Assembly (NCBI GenBank): GCA_964414215.1
Contig: CAYPVQ010000001.1
Coordinates: 1-46,990, forward strand
DNA from: an uncultured Candidatus Saccharibacteria bacterium
GTDB taxonomy: Bacteria; Patescibacteriota; Doudnabacteria; UBA920; 2-01-FULL-46-14
Direction of reading: 5' to 3'
Length of the DNA: 46,990 bases
Below, in pieces: positions 46,621 to 46,990 of the stretch (positions within the stretch are counted from its first letter, which is position 1; each line of letters begins with the position of its first letter). The notes under the pieces are model-generated. The model had not been told where the DNA came from, did no database searches, and saw nothing but the letters and a program-made list of their open reading frames with translations. The translations under genes were made by a program, and so were the position numbers.

Positions 46621-46990
46621 AATGCCTAACTTGTCCAATAAACTCAAATCCCTTCCCCAAAAGCCCGGGGTTTATCTATTTAAAGATTCCCAGGGCGAGG
46701 TTTTGTATGTGGGTAAAGCCAAGAATCTAAAAAAGCGGGTACAGAGTTATTTCACCCCTCACCCTCCCCTCTCCCCCAAGGGGCGAGGGTTAAGGAGGGA
46801 AATCGCTGATCTGGACTATATCATCGTCTCCTCGGAACTTGAAAGCCTGATGCTGGAGAATAACCTCATCAAGCAGTACCGGCCGCGGTTTAATGTCCGA
46901 TTGCGCGATGACAAAAATTATCAGTTTATAAAAATTGATTATTCTTACGAGATCCCGCAGATATATACTGTTCGCAAAATAACCCCCTCT
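46621..46990 (+). CDS. uvrC: excinuclease ABC subunit UvrC, 5' partial (runs off the window)
   Basis: The ATG at 46621 is followed by the GIY-YIG domain (KPGVYLFKDSQGEVLYVGKAKNLKKRV...LENNLIKQYRPRFN). An in-frame palindromic insert is at 46754-46800 (PHPPLSPKGRGLRRE). Confidence 0.85.

Overview
This 46,990-bp window looks like chromosome from a small-genome, uncultivated bacterium (CPR/Patescibacteria-like; this is inference from gene content and style). All coordinates and alignments below were derived by hand from the printed sequence.

Backbone genes:
- Cell division and translation: ftsZ-ftsA, YqeY, rpsU, a HisRS-like gene, lepB, tRNA-Val, an LCP protein, pth, dprA, a CapA-like protein.
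- Nucleotide metabolism: pyrB, plus nrdR and a class II (B12-dependent) ribonucleotide reductase followed by a corrinoid salvage set (adenosyltransferase, DUF4430-like protein, membrane protein).
- DNA repair and topology: topA, uvrA, and the 5' end of uvrC.
- Heat shock: hrcA-grpE-dnaK-dnaJ with a CIRCE operator.

Main finding: a complete diversity-generating retroelement (DGR) at 19.4-22.2 kb.
- It has a reverse transcriptase, a divergently oriented Avd-like four-helix-bundle gene, and a 128-bp template repeat (TR).
- A matching variable repeat (VR) lies at the 3' end of a GC-rich target gene. All 13 TR/VR mismatches fall on TR adenines.
- Unusual details: a palindromic element sits in frame inside the RT, and a C9 tract occupies avd codons 2-4.
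- An IS481-like element with terminal inverted repeats and a 5-bp target duplication sits just upstream of the target gene.

Other points:
- Several families of GC-rich palindromic (MITE/RPE-like) elements are inserted in frame in housekeeping genes: topA (three copies), uvrA, uvrC, pth, the CapA-like gene and the RT.
- A TrpR/YerC-like regulator is associated with three copies of a TGTTACCATGGTAACA operator.
- A CsoR/RcnR-family metal operon has its P-type ATPase interrupted by one in-frame TAG.
- dnaK, an ECF-S-like membrane gene and the IS transposase each appear frameshifted.
- An accessory island next to tRNA-Lys carries two toxin-antitoxin modules and a duplicated gene fragment.

No rRNA genes and no CRISPR array were found.
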